NCBI RefSeq assembly: GCF_049554935.1
Contig: NZ_CP186926.1
Location: 672,001 to 736,000, forward strand
Direction: 5' to 3'
DNA length: 64,000 nt
Source of the DNA: Methanocaldococcus indicus
GTDB lineage: Archaea; AGJL01; Methanococci; Methanococcales; Methanocaldococcaceae
In this document: piece after piece, positions 11,070 to 21,643 of the stretch
How the letters are laid out: every line of letters begins with the position of its first letter
Position numbering within the stretch: the stretch's first letter is position 1
The notes under the pieces: model-generated
Database searches by the model: none
The model's input: only the letters and a program-made list of their open reading frames with translations
Told to the model about the DNA's origin: nothing
Translations under genes and position numbers: made by a program

Positions 11070-12851
11070 ATGATATTTAGTATTCTACCAATTGAACAAA
11101 TTTTTAAAAAAGAGGATATGGAAGATGTAAGAGAAGATTTATTTAAATTCTTAAATAATTATGAATATAAAGTTAGAAATAATAGTATTATTGATAATGA
11201 AATTGATAGATGGCTCTCCTTATATGCAATAAATGTTTTTAAAAATATACTATCAAAAGAAAATGAAAAGTTAGCTGGTTTTAGTACATTGGAGATATTG
11301 CTTAAATATTATAATGATGAAATTGAGGTTAGTGATGCTTTTATAGAAGAGTTCAAACATCTATTTTTAGCAATAAAGGGAGAAGCAAAATTTTCAGAGG
11401 GATTTTTAGGAGAAAAATTAAAAAATAAAGGTGTAAAATTTATAGATTTTGAGAAATTAAAAGGTAGAGAAGCTGGAAAAGCAAGAAGTGACTTTTTAGA
11501 TGAAGTTTATATAATTATGAAAGAATATATTAATAAATATCCCTCTGGGTTAGATAAAGAAATTATCCAAAAGAGAGAAGAAAACAAAAAAAAGATTTTA
11601 GAGCTTTTTGATGCAAATGAAGATGATTGGCTAAATTATAAGTGGCATTTTAAAAATGTAATTAAAGGAAAAAAAGGATTAAAAATATTAGAAGAGATGA
11701 GAGAAGAAATAGGATTAAAACTTTCAGATGAAGAACTTGAAAATATTAAATTAGCTATTGAAAATGATATACCTTTTGCCATTACACCATACTACCTCCA
11801 TTTATTTGATTTTGAAGGTAAAGAAGATTTACCTATAAGAGTTCAAGTTATTCCACCTAAACACTATGTTTTAGAGATGATTAAAAATAAAGATAAGAGA
11901 GATATAGTTTTTGATTTTATGGGTGAGCATGACACTACTCCTGAAGAGTTAATAACAAGAAGATATGTAACAATAGCAATTATAAAACCTTTTGAATCAT
12001 GCCCACAAATTTGTGTATATTGCCAAAGAAATTGGTTAGTAAAAGATTTCTCTAAAAGTGCATTTGTAGGTTGGGAAAAGATAGAGAAAGCCTTAGAATG
12101 GTTTGCTAATCATGAGAGTATGTTAGAAATACTAATAACAGGAGGAGACCCATTTAGCCTACCAGATAAATGCATTGAAAGAATATTAAATAGAATTAAA
12201 GATATGGAGCATGTTATTGGAGTAAGATTTGGGACAAGAAGTATATTAACTGTTCCAATGAGAATAACCAATAGTTTAGTAGAAATTCTAAAAGAATTTA
12301 AAGAAGAAAAAAGTTTAATAGTTGTTACTCATGCTGAAAGTTGTTATGAGATAACCCCTTATGTTAAAAAAGCTATAGATGCATTAGGAGATATAAAGGT
12401 TTATAATCAGCATGTTTTCCATAGGTATGTAAGTAGAAGATTTGAGAATGTTGCTTTAAGAATTGCCTTAAAAAAAGTTGGTATAATTCCTTACTATTCA
12501 TTCTATCCAAAAGGTAAGTATGAGCATAAAGATTATCTTATACCAATAGCAAGAATTTGTCAAGAGGTTAAAGAAGAAGCAAGATTATTACCAGGAAGTT
12601 TTAGAACTGATGAACCTATATTTAATGTCCCTAAACTTGGAAAAGTGCATTTAAGAAGTTTCCAAGATAGAGAATTAATAGCAATAAAAGAAAATGGAGC
12701 AAGAGTATATTTATTCCACCCATGGGAAAAGGGAATATATCCAACAAAATCTTATGTGTATGAAGATGTTCCTATTTTAGATTACTTAAAAAGAATGGAA
12801 GAGATTGGAGAAAATATAAATGATTATAGAACTATTTGGTACTATTATTAA
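11070..12851 (+). CDS. KamA-family radical SAM aminomutase-like protein
   Basis: W..YKWHFKN, PFAITPYY, ITRRY, CPQICVYCQR (CxxxCxxC) and ILITGGDP, with a long N-terminal extension. Confidence 0.88.
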   Translation: MIFSILPIEQIFKKEDMEDVREDLFKFLNNYEYKVRNNSIIDNEIDRWLSLYAINVFKNILSKENEKLAGFSTLEILLKYYNDEIEVSDAFIEEFKHLFLAIKGEAKFSEGFLGEKLKNKGVKFIDFEKLKGREAGKARSDFLDEVYIIMKEYINKYPSGLDKEIIQKREENKKKILELFDANEDDWLNYKWHFKNVIKGKKGLKILEEMREEIGLKLSDEELENIKLAIENDIPFAITPYYLHLFDFEGKEDLPIRVQVIPPKHYVLEMIKNKDKRDIVFDFMGEHDTTPEELITRRYVTIAIIKPFESCPQICVYCQRNWLVKDFSKSAFVGWEKIEKALEWFANHESMLEILITGGDPFSLPDKCIERILNRIKDMEHVIGVRFGTRSILTVPMRITNSLVEILKEFKEEKSLIVVTHAESCYEITPYVKKAIDALGDIKVYNQHVFHRYVSRRFENVALRIALKKVGIIPYYSFYPKGKYEHKDYLIPIARICQEVKEEARLLPGSFRTDEPIFNVPKLGKVHLRSFQDRELIAIKENGARVYLFHPWEKGIYPTKSYVYEDVPILDYLKRMEEIGENINDYRTIWYYY

Positions 12852-13845
12852 CTCTATTATATATGCTAATTAAGTCACTTAAAAGAGCTGAATTTGTCTC
12901 TTCCTTTCCAGCACCTCTACCTACAACAACTACTTCCTTAGCTAAATCTGTTTCAAACATTGCAACATTTAATGTTCCTTTTACATTTAATGGACTATAT
13001 TTAGGAATTAGCATTGGCTCAACAATTAAATACTTTTTATTAACTTCACCTATTAATTTTATAGTGTATCCTTTTTTATTAGCTAAAAATAGAGATTCTG
13101 GTGTAATTTTTGTAATACCTTTTATTTTAACATCTTTTATTGTTTTGTTTAAATTCATTATTGAATTTGCCAATATAACTATTTTAGCAGCTGTATCTAA
13201 TCCATCTATATCTTGGGAAGGATTACTCTCTGCATAGCCAAGTTCTTGGGCTTCTTTTAAAGCAGTTTCAAAATCAACATTTTCCTCTTCCATCTTTGTT
13301 AAGATGTAGTTTGTAGTTCCATTTAAAATTCCTCTTATAGATAATATTTCATTTCCAGCTAAGTTTTCCTTAGCTAAATTTATGATAGGCATAGCTCCTC
13401 CAACAGTTGCCTCAAATCTAAAAATTTTATTGTATTTTTCAGCTGTTTTTATAAGCTCATTATAAAAAAGGGCTAAGGGTCCTTTATTAGCTGTGACAAC
13501 ATGTTTGTCATTTTTAAAACTTTCAATAATATGTGTTTTAGCTGGCTCTCCTGTCTCTAAATTTGATGGAGTTACTTCAACAGCTACATCTGCCTCTTTC
13601 TCAATCAATTCAAAAATAGAAAGTTTTTCAGCATCATTATAGTTAATAATCTTTTTAGTTTTTTCTTTAACATCTATAGCTTTTTTTAAGTCAATTCCTT
13701 CTTTATTATATATTGCTCCTGAACTGTCAGCTATACCAACAACTCTAAACTCACCAAAATTTTTTTTGAGATATTCCCTCTTTTTATATAAAACCTCTGC
13801 TAACCCCTTTCCAATAGTTCCAAAACCTATAATAATTATATCCAT
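12832..13845 (-). CDS. hom: Homoserine dehydrogenase
   Basis: GFGTIG, HVVTANKGP, EATVGGAMP, GILNGTTNYIL and GRGAG. Confidence 0.96.
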   Translation of the reverse strand: MDIIIIGFGTIGKGLAEVLYKKREYLKKNFGEFRVVGIADSSGAIYNKEGIDLKKAIDVKEKTKKIINYNDAEKLSIFELIEKEADVAVEVTPSNLETGEPAKTHIIESFKNDKHVVTANKGPLALFYNELIKTAEKYNKIFRFEATVGGAMPIINLAKENLAGNEILSIRGILNGTTNYILTKMEEENVDFETALKEAQELGYAESNPSQDIDGLDTAAKIVILANSIMNLNKTIKDVKIKGITKITPESLFLANKKGYTIKLIGEVNKKYLIVEPMLIPKYSPLNVKGTLNVAMFETDLAKEVVVVGRGAGKEETNSALLSDLISIYNRVNNSTK

Positions 13846-13846
13846 A

Positions 13847-14329
13847 CTATCTCACCAAAAAAGATTTTATAAATAAAAGATTTTTTTCTTTCTCCAACTC
13901 TTCTAAGAGATAAAATAGCTCTCCAATCTTATCAATATCAACAGTTATCCTCATACTTGCTGATGATTCTTTTTCTGGATGGGGCATAATTAAATCCATA
14001 TCTTCAACTAAACCAACTGTGTTTATTCTATCAATAGTATCTTTAATATCAGTATCAACAACATGACCAATAACTACAACATCTATATACACTTTTTTAG
14101 ATTTTCCATCAACTTTCTTAACTGTTGCTATCTTTTCTAACTCATCCAACAAAATATCTAATTTCTTTTCATCAATATCTATAACCAATCTCACAGGAAT
14201 TCTATCTCCAACTTTTGTCTCTCTTGAATGTATTATACTTATTATATTTGCTCCTAATTTTGATATTGGTGTAAGAACTCTCAATAACTCACCTGGCTTG
14301 TCTTTTAGCTCAATATCTAAAATAATCAT
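13847..14329 (-). CDS. ACT-domain protein (putative allosteric regulator of homoserine dehydrogenase)
   Basis: [32 protein letters not shown] motif, directly upstream of hom. Confidence 0.8.
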   Translation of the reverse strand: MIILDIELKDKPGELLRVLTPISKLGANIISIIHSRETKVGDRIPVRLVIDIDEKKLDILLDELEKIATVKKVDGKSKKVYIDVVVIGHVVDTDIKDTIDRINTVGLVEDMDLIMPHPEKESSASMRITVDIDKIGELFYLLEELEKEKNLLFIKSFLVR

Positions 14330-14331
14330 TT

Positions 14332-14865
14332 TTACCACCAACAATCTTTAACTCCAATTAGATAAGCAATAACGTTCCCAATAAAATGAATGAATAGTGT
14401 CATAACAATAATAATAAAAACCATAGATAAAGGTATAGGAGCAAAAGGATAAGCAAATATTAAAGCTCCAATAACAAAATCTAACTGGTCTAATAAAGGA
14501 GCAGGTTTTCCTCTTTCTATATTTAACCTCCTTTTTATAAAACTACCAACAGCATCACCAACAATAGCTCCCAAAGATAACAAAAAAGCTAAAATTATAT
14601 GGTCAATAATTCCAGCATAGAAATCTAACTGTCCAAAAATATTAAAATTTATCAAGATTCCTTGTATTGCTCCTGTTAATGTTCCTAACAGTATTCCAAA
14701 AAAGCTTCCTTTAAATGTAACTCCATCTCCTATAACTCTTCTACCATCTATAAAGCACTTTTTTAAATCTATTGGAGTTCCTCCACCAAATATACAGGCT
14801 GAGGCATTAGCCACATAAGCTGGCAAGATATACCAAAAACTCATAAATACTAACTTCAAAACCAT
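14332..14865 (-). CDS. carS: CDP-archaeol synthase
   Basis: LPAYVAN, PID...[19 protein letters not shown] and LDQLDF motifs. Confidence 0.92.
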   Translation of the reverse strand: MVLKLVFMSFWYILPAYVANASACIFGGGTPIDLKKCFIDGRRVIGDGVTFKGSFFGILLGTLTGAIQGILINFNIFGQLDFYAGIIDHIILAFLLSLGAIVGDAVGSFIKRRLNIERGKPAPLLDQLDFVIGALIFAYPFAPIPLSMVFIIIVMTLFIHFIGNVIAYLIGVKDCWW

Positions 14866-14866
14866 A

Positions 14867-15658
14867 TCATCCCAACACTCTAAGTTTATTTATTTCCTCT
14901 AAATCTAATGGATTAGGTTGAGATTTATATGTATTATTTAAGATTGATTTTGCCAACTCTCTATATACATTAGCTATCTCACTATCTGGATTATATTCAA
15001 AAACTGTCTTTCCTAACAATTCTGCTTTGTATATATCCTCTGAATATGGAATTTTCCCAACAACTTTTGTATTTATCATATTAGCAAATTTATTTATAAT
15101 TTCTTCATTATCAACCTTTCCTCTAACATTATAAATTAAACCAGCTAAGTTATCTCTTTTAAGTTCTTTGATTCCTCTACATATATTATTTGCTGCATAA
15201 AGGGACATAAAGTCAGAAGAAGTTACTATATATACATCTAAATTCAACCTTAAAGGTAATGAGAAACCTCCACAAACAACATCACCCAACACATCATATA
15301 AGACAATATCAATATCTAACTTCTCAAAAACTTTTAATTTTTTTAATAGCTCAATAGCTACAATAACCCCTCTCCCAGCACATCCAATTCCAGGCTTAGG
15401 TCCTCCAGCTTCAACACAATAAACTCCATTGTATCCTTTATAAACTATATCTTCAATCTCAATATTTCTTTTATTTTTCATAACATCTAAAACTGTAGGT
15501 ATTATTTTTCCTCCTCTTAATGTATATGTGCAATCTGCCTTTGGGTCACATCCAACAACTAACACATTCATTTCCAACTCTGAAAAAGCAGCTGCTAAGT
15601 TGCAGACAGTTGTAGATTTACCTATTCCACCTTTTCCATAAAATGCCAACTCTTTCAT
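14867..15658 (-). CDS. NifH-like (group IV / CfbC-like) Fe-protein ATPase
   Basis: YGKGGIGKSTT, GCDPKAD, GGPKPGIGCAGRG, DVLGDVVCGGF and YAANNI. No nifDK/cfbD neighbour. Confidence 0.85.
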   Translation of the reverse strand: MKELAFYGKGGIGKSTTVCNLAAAFSELEMNVLVVGCDPKADCTYTLRGGKIIPTVLDVMKNKRNIEIEDIVYKGYNGVYCVEAGGPKPGIGCAGRGVIVAIELLKKLKVFEKLDIDIVLYDVLGDVVCGGFSLPLRLNLDVYIVTSSDFMSLYAANNICRGIKELKRDNLAGLIYNVRGKVDNEEIINKFANMINTKVVGKIPYSEDIYKAELLGKTVFEYNPDSEIANVYRELAKSILNNTYKSQPNPLDLEEINKLRVLG

Positions 15659-15691
15659 AACTAACCCAAAGATTTTTAATATTAATATTTT

Positions 15692-16345
15692 TTATAAATT
15701 GGAGATAATATAATTTAAAACTTCATTAAATCCTTCCATAGTTTTTAGACTTAATTTTATAACCTTAGCGTTTGGATTTATTTCTTTAGCATCTTTAACC
15801 ATCTTATCCACATCACAATTTACATAGTTGGCTAAATCTATTTTATTTATAACAATTAAATCAGCACTTCTTACAATATCTGGATGCTTAGCTATTATAT
15901 CATCTCCCTCAGTTGTAGAAACTACCAAAATTCTCTTATGTGCTCCTAAATCAAAATCTGTTGGACATATTAAATTTCCTACATTTTCAATAAATAAAAT
16001 ATCAATATCCTCTAAATTTAACTCTTCCAAAGCATGGGATACAAGATGAGCATCTAAATGACACTCTTTCCCAGTATTTAGTGGAATAACCTTAATACCT
16101 TTTTTTGCTAATCTTTCAGCATCATACTTAGCTATAACATCTCCTGCTATACATGCAATTCTATATTTATCTTTTAAGCTATCTATTAACTTTTCAATTA
16201 ACAATGTTTTTCCACTTCCAATAGCTCCAGAAAAATCAAAAGCTTTAACATTATATTTATCCAACAATTTTCTATTTTTTTCTGCCAATCTTTTATTTGC
16301 TTTTAAGATATCTTTTGCAATATCTAAAACACCTACTAAATGCAT
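15692..16345 (-). CDS. hypB: Hydrogenase nickel incorporation GTPase HypB
   Basis: GAIGSGKT, NTGKECHLDAH, ENVGNLICP and NKID. Confidence 0.96.
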   Translation of the reverse strand: MHLVGVLDIAKDILKANKRLAEKNRKLLDKYNVKAFDFSGAIGSGKTLLIEKLIDSLKDKYRIACIAGDVIAKYDAERLAKKGIKVIPLNTGKECHLDAHLVSHALEELNLEDIDILFIENVGNLICPTDFDLGAHKRILVVSTTEGDDIIAKHPDIVRSADLIVINKIDLANYVNCDVDKMVKDAKEINPNAKVIKLSLKTMEGFNEVLNYIISNL

Positions 16346-16350
16346 AAATA

Positions 16351-16989
16351 TCACTCTTCATCAATATTGTTATATTTGTTCAGTTCTTCATATAATCTAT
16401 CTACTTCACTTTTCTTTTTCCAAAGTTCAAATTTAGCCCTTTTTACTTTTTGTCTCTCACCTTCTACAAACTTATAAGTTCTTGCATGAGATGCTCCTCT
16501 TAAAAGCATTTCAACAGCTTCCTTAGCTATTTGAGCATTATCATACTCTCCAACTATTGATACTGTCTTACCATAAACTGATATATTTGTATCTGTTAAA
16601 CTTTCTATATATCTCCTTGACTTTCCTTCTTTACCAATAACTCTACCTCTTAATCTTCTAAGAGCATTTTCAGTTGATGCATAATCATCAATATTTATAA
16701 TTTCAAGAACATACTCATCATTTAATAATTTTAAAGCAATATCTGGATTAAATCCTCTTCCAATAGCTCTTACAATATCTCTTGCTTTCCAAATAGCTAA
16801 TGGTTCTTTTGTTTCTTCTGTTGATGAAATTGTGACAGTTCCATCAGAATCAATATCTAATTTAACTTTTAGTTCTTTTTCTATTCTTTTTTTTACTTCT
16901 CCTTTTTTTCCAATTAATACTCCAACTCTATCCTTAGGAATCTTTAAAATTTCAATATTGTTGTTTAAATTTCCACCACTAAATACCAT
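16351..16989 (-). CDS. KH-domain rRNA processing protein (Dim2/Pno1/Krr1 family)
   Basis: RVGVLIGKKG, AIGRGF and GRVIGKEG tandem KH motifs. Confidence 0.9.
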   Translation of the reverse strand: MVFSGGNLNNNIEILKIPKDRVGVLIGKKGEVKKRIEKELKVKLDIDSDGTVTISSTEETKEPLAIWKARDIVRAIGRGFNPDIALKLLNDEYVLEIINIDDYASTENALRRLRGRVIGKEGKSRRYIESLTDTNISVYGKTVSIVGEYDNAQIAKEAVEMLLRGASHARTYKFVEGERQKVKRAKFELWKKKSEVDRLYEELNKYNNIDEE

Positions 16990-17109
16990 AACTATTCACC
17001 TAAAAAAATACTAAATATAAGATTTAAGTAGTATTTATAACTATTAAAAAATTACTTATCTTAATACTAATTCTATAAACATCAATATTTTAACTTTTTT
17101 GGTGATTAT

Positions 17110-18222
17110 ATGGATTTTAGCACTACAAAATATATAATTCATGCTGAGATTGTAGTTGATGGTTATGTTGAGAAGAATGATATTATTGGAGCAATATTTG
17201 GACAGACTGAAGGATTGTTAGGAGATGAGTTAGATTTGAGAGACCTTCAAAAATCAGGTAGAATAGGGAGAATAGATGTAAATATTGAATATACTAATGG
17301 GAAAAGTATTGCAAAGTTAGAAATTCCTTCAAGTTTAGATAGAGTTGAAACATCAATAATAGCTGCAACGTTGGAGACCGTTGATAAAGTCGGACCTTGC
17401 ACAGCAGACGTAAGAGTATTAAAAATTGAAGATATTAGAGAGAGAAAAAGAAAATATATAACTGAGAGAGCAAAAGAAATATTAAAAGAGATGAACTTAA
17501 CAGTTGATATTAATGCTATTATTGAGGAAGTTAAAGAAAGTGTCAGGATGAGTGAGCTCATATACTATGGTGAAGAAAAACTTCCAGCTGGTCCATTAGT
17601 TGATAGTTCTGAAGAGATTATAATTGTTGAAGGAAAGGCAGATGTTTTAAATTTATTAAGATATGGTATTAGGAATGTTATAGCAGTTGAAGGAACCTCT
17701 ATCCCAAAGACAATAATTGAATTGAGTAAGAGGAAAATAACTACATTATTTACTGATGGAGATAGAGGAGGTGAATTGATTTTAAAAGAAGCATTACAAG
17801 TATGTGATATTGATTATATAGCAAGAGCTCCAAAAGGTAGAGAAGTTGAAGAACTAACAAGAAAGGAAATTATTAAATGTCTTAAAAATAGAGTCCCAAT
17901 ATCTACAAAAAATTACAGTTGTGAAGAAAATAATGAAGATATTAAAGAAGATGATTTATTTGATACTCTTAAAATACTTTCCAATTTAAAAGATAAGGCA
18001 ATAATTGTAAAAGATGATGAAAAGATAACTGTAAATGTAGATGAATTAATAGAAAAAATAGAAGAGTTTAATAAAGTTGATTGCCTATATATTGAAGAAC
18101 TAAGTCAAAAACTATTAGATAACATCTATCAAAAAGTAGATAAAATCTATTGTAAGTTGGCAAAAGTTACAAAAGTTCCAATAAATGTTACTATTATTGG
18201 TGGTTTTAATGCAAAAAGATGA
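17110..18222 (+). CDS. dnaG: Archaeal DnaG (exosome-associated, TOPRIM)
   Basis: GAIFGQTEGLLG, IIVEGKADV and FTDGDRGG TOPRIM motifs. Confidence 0.95.
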   Translation: MDFSTTKYIIHAEIVVDGYVEKNDIIGAIFGQTEGLLGDELDLRDLQKSGRIGRIDVNIEYTNGKSIAKLEIPSSLDRVETSIIAATLETVDKVGPCTADVRVLKIEDIRERKRKYITERAKEILKEMNLTVDINAIIEEVKESVRMSELIYYGEEKLPAGPLVDSSEEIIIVEGKADVLNLLRYGIRNVIAVEGTSIPKTIIELSKRKITTLFTDGDRGGELILKEALQVCDIDYIARAPKGREVEELTRKEIIKCLKNRVPISTKNYSCEENNEDIKEDDLFDTLKILSNLKDKAIIVKDDEKITVNVDELIEKIEEFNKVDCLYIEELSQKLLDNIYQKVDKIYCKLAKVTKVPINVTIIGGFNAKR

Positions 18223-18517
18223 GCTTATTCAGCTCCATCAACTATTAGTTTATTTAAAAAAATATGTTGAAAAAAAATACAACTGCAAAGATGAATTTAA
18301 AGTTTATGAAGAGCTAAATATCTATCCTCATCATATTCATAGAACTAAGGCAGAACACACTTATGCAATATTTCTACTTGCAAGTATTATAGCTAAGATA
18401 CTATCTGAGAATCAGACAAAAGTTCCCAAGAGTATATCTAAATTATTGGATGAATGTTGTTTAAAAATAAAGAAAGAAATACAAAGAAAAAGAATTATTA
18501 TAAAAGGGATAAGATGA
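18209..18517 (+). CDS. UPF0058 family protein
   Basis: [13 protein letters not shown]...[16 protein letters not shown] motif. ATG at 18209 follows GGTGG. Confidence 0.8.
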   Translation: MQKDELIQLHQLLVYLKKYVEKKYNCKDEFKVYEELNIYPHHIHRTKAEHTYAIFLLASIIAKILSENQTKVPKSISKLLDECCLKIKKEIQRKRIIIKGIR

Positions 18518-19380
18518 TTCTTTTTGCTTTACCAAATAAAGGTAGAATATCTGAACCAGTAATGAAAATTTTAGAAAAAGCAGGTTTAAAAATAACTATT
18601 CAAGGTAGGAGTTTATTTGCAAATACTGTTGATAAAGATATTAAAGTTATGTTTGCAAGAGCAAGAGATATTCCTGAGTTTGTAGCTGATGGAGTAGCTG
18701 ATATTGGTGTAACTGGTTATGATTTAGTTTTAGAGAGAGGGGTTGAGAATAAAGTTGAAGAATTATTAGATTTTGGTTTTGGATTTGCAAGATTGGTTTT
18801 AGCTGTTCCAGAAGATTCAAATATTAATAATTTGGATGATATAAAGGAAGGAATGAGAGTAGCAACTGAATTTCCACATTTAACAAAGAAATTTTTTGAG
18901 AAATTTAATAAAAATGTAGAAATTATAGAACTAAGTGGTGCAACTGAAATAGCTCCTTTTATTGGAATAGCAGATATTATATCAGATTTAACATCAACAG
19001 GAACAACTTTGAAATTAAATAAACTTAGAGAGATTGCTGAGATAGTTAAATCTACAACAAGATTAATAGCCAACAAAGAGAGTCTAAAAGATAAAAAGAA
19101 AAAAGAAAAAATAGAGCAGGTTGTTTTGGCTATAAAGAGTGCTCTATATGCTGAAAAAAAGAGGCTAATTATGATGAATGCTCCTGAGGATAAAGTAGAG
19201 GATATCAAAAAAATCATTCCTGGAATGTCAGGCCCAACAGTTGCAAAAGTTCTATCTGATAATGGAATGGTTGCTATTCAAGTTGTTGTTGATGAGAAAG
19301 ATATTTTTTCATTAGTTCCTAAACTTCATCAATTAGGTGCAAGAGATATCCTTGTTCTGCCAATTGAGAGGATATTATGA
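18514..19380 (+). CDS. hisG: ATP phosphoribosyltransferase (long form)
   Basis: [27 protein letters not shown] and DLTSTGTTL. Start at ATG 18514. Confidence 0.97.
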   Translation: MILFALPNKGRISEPVMKILEKAGLKITIQGRSLFANTVDKDIKVMFARARDIPEFVADGVADIGVTGYDLVLERGVENKVEELLDFGFGFARLVLAVPEDSNINNLDDIKEGMRVATEFPHLTKKFFEKFNKNVEIIELSGATEIAPFIGIADIISDLTSTGTTLKLNKLREIAEIVKSTTRLIANKESLKDKKKKEKIEQVVLAIKSALYAEKKRLIMMNAPEDKVEDIKKIIPGMSGPTVAKVLSDNGMVAIQVVVDEKDIFSLVPKLHQLGARDILVLPIERIL

Positions 19381-20183
19381 GTTTTTTAGAGTTAATAAGA
19401 GCAAAAAACTGCTTTATGGCAGGTTTATCTGGGATTATTGGATATTTAATAGCAAACTCAACTTTAAATTTTTATTATATAATATTGATTTTTTTAGCTA
19501 TTTTTTTTATCTGTGGATTTGGGAACTGTATAAATGATATTTTTGATATTGAAATAGACAGGATAAATAAGCCATATAGACCTCTACCTTCTGGAAGAGT
19601 CTCAATAAAAACAGCTAAGATTTTAGCTATAATTTTATTAGTTTTAGGATTAATTTCTTCATTGTTGATTAATTTATATGCCTTTTTATTAGCTTTATTT
19701 AACTCAATACTTTTATATTTATATGCAAAAAAATATAAGAGATATAAGCCAATAGGAAACATTATTGTTGCATATTTAACTGGCTCAGTTTTTTTATTTG
19801 GAGGATTAGTTGGTAGGATAGACAAAGTTTTTATCTTATTTTTATGTTCTTTCTTAGCTACATGGTGCAGAGAGATTATAAAAGATTATGAAGATATGGA
19901 AGGAGATAAAAAAGAGGGAGTTATTTCTCTACCCATTCTATATAAAGATAAATCATTATATTTTGCATCTATACTGTTAATTTTAGCAGTTGTATTTAGC
20001 TTTTTACCTTACTATTTAGGGTTGTTTGGGAAATTATATTTAATAATTATTTTAGTTTGTGATATTTTCTTTATATATTCAATTTTTATTTTATTAAAGA
20101 ATAGAGATATTGAAACTGCTAAAAAAGTATCAAAATTACTAAAAATGATTATGGTACTTGTATTGTTGGCTTTTCTAACTTAA
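19377..20183 (+). CDS. Digeranylgeranylglyceryl phosphate synthase (UbiA family)
   Basis: [21 protein letters not shown] and [13 protein letters not shown] Asp-rich motifs, multiple TM helices. Confidence 0.88.
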   Translation: MSFLELIRAKNCFMAGLSGIIGYLIANSTLNFYYIILIFLAIFFICGFGNCINDIFDIEIDRINKPYRPLPSGRVSIKTAKILAIILLVLGLISSLLINLYAFLLALFNSILLYLYAKKYKRYKPIGNIIVAYLTGSVFLFGGLVGRIDKVFILFLCSFLATWCREIIKDYEDMEGDKKEGVISLPILYKDKSLYFASILLILAVVFSFLPYYLGLFGKLYLIIILVCDIFFIYSIFILLKNRDIETAKKVSKLLKMIMVLVLLAFLT

Positions 20184-20213
20184 ATTAAAAGATGATTGTT
20201 ATATTAGATATTG

Positions 20214-20588
20214 TTAAATTAAATTATGTTTCTTTAAAATTTCTTTAGCTTTTACTAAAATTTTATGTTCTTTCATAATTTTTTGTATATACTCTTTATC
20301 TGGAAATTCTAATGCATCAACAGGACATAGCATCTTACAAGTTGTACATGCTACAACACAATTATAGGGTCTTGCAACAATAGGTTTTTTCTTTTCTTTA
20401 TCCCAATCAAATACTACTCTATTAGCACATGTTATATAGCACACTCCACAACCAATACACTTATCATAGTTTATTTTAGGATACCATTCTATTTCTTTTC
20501 TCTCTATACCCCACCATGGTTTAACACTCCAATCTTTTATAACTCTACGTAATGCATCTTTTCCTATTACAGGTAGTTCATCACTCAA
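20214..20588 (-). CDS. 2x[4Fe-4S] ferredoxin-family protein with N-terminal extension
   Basis: CIGCGVCYITC and CVVACTTCKMLCP. Probable TTG start at 20588 after GGTGA. Confidence 0.85.
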   Translation of the reverse strand: MSDELPVIGKDALRRVIKDWSVKPWWGIERKEIEWYPKINYDKCIGCGVCYITCANRVVFDWDKEKKKPIVARPYNCVVACTTCKMLCPVDALEFPDKEYIQKIMKEHKILVKAKEILKKHNLI

Positions 20589-20635
20589 ATTTTCACCTAT
20601 CAATATTTAGTTATTATTTATCAATTATAATCATC

Positions 20636-20689
20636 ATATTTATGCCTTCCGATTAATCAATGAATTTTAATATTTTTAAGAAATATTTA
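20636..20689. repeat. Direct repeat copy 1 (54 bp, promoter-containing)
   Basis: atatttatgccttccgattaatcaatgaattttaatatttttaagaaatattta, 52/54 identical to 22263-22316. Confidence 0.92.
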
Positions 20690-20694
20690 AATTT

Positions 20695-21342
20695 TCAAAT
20701 AAAAGTTAATCCTTTAAGTATTGCCTCTTTTTGTATGTTTAAGGCTTTCTGCTTTTTACAATCTTTTCTAAAAAGTTTTATTTTTCCAGCAACACATGGA
20801 TATCTTTGAATTAGCATAGCTGATTTTTTAGCAAATTCTTCAATATCATTAACTTCCATCCCTCTCATTAACTTAGCCATGAATAATGTTGAACCACAGA
20901 TAGAACTTCTTAAAACCTCTACATTTTCAACTTTGTTATCTTTAATATAAATTTTAACTTTTGGAGTACCAAACTCATCTAAAAACTCTTTTAATTTTGG
21001 ATATTTGTTTATTAAGTCTTCAACATCATTTTCATCCAATAAACACATTTCCTCTGGACATATAGCATCAAACTTTCTTAATTCTTTATTTTTGTTTAAT
21101 TTCTTTGCTTCATAGCATAAATAATATGTGTTATCTGGGTGTTGTGTATAAAGCAATAAGATATCTGCATCTTTAATTTTCTCTAACAACTCTTCTGGAA
21201 ATTCTATCTCATCAACTATCAAATCATTAGGCTTATTAATTTTATATATTCCAATAAATTTGTTTTTCTTTCCAAAGGAGTTTATGGTTTTTCCAACCCT
21301 ATAACCATAAGTCCCATCAGTTACTACTAATATTTTTGCCAT
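20695..21342 (-). CDS. DUF166 family protein
   Basis: [37 protein letters not shown] and QRYPCVA motifs. Confidence 0.75.
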   Translation of the reverse strand: MAKILVVTDGTYGYRVGKTINSFGKKNKFIGIYKINKPNDLIVDEIEFPEELLEKIKDADILLLYTQHPDNTYYLCYEAKKLNKNKELRKFDAICPEEMCLLDENDVEDLINKYPKLKEFLDEFGTPKVKIYIKDNKVENVEVLRSSICGSTLFMAKLMRGMEVNDIEEFAKKSAMLIQRYPCVAGKIKLFRKDCKKQKALNIQKEAILKGLTFI

Positions 21343-21610
21343 TATTTCCCTTAGTTTTAGAGTTTCTTCTTGATAATAGGTAATAGATTATTGCCCCAAT
21401 TATTCCTAAAAACCAAACAATTAAAATCCATAGGATTTTTTCAAGAGTATCTAAATCATCTCTCCTTAAAATATCTATAAATACAACTATAAAAATAATT
21501 AATTTTATAATCCAAAATAAAAATCCAAAAAATAGATAGCTAAAAGGAGTATAATAAGGATTATAACAATATCCAAAACACCACCACATTGGTGGTGGTA
21601 TGAACATCAT
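21317..21610 (-). CDS. Small membrane protein, PLDc_N (phospholipase D N-terminal) family
   Basis: FIDILRR...[22 protein letters not shown] pattern. Confidence 0.78.
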   Translation of the reverse strand: MMFIPPPMWWCFGYCYNPYYTPFSYLFFGFLFWIIKLIIFIVVFIDILRRDDLDTLEKILWILIVWFLGIIGAIIYYLLSRRNSKTKGNNGKNISSN

Positions 21611-21643
21611 AGATAACACCTCAAATTTATAAATAATAATTTT

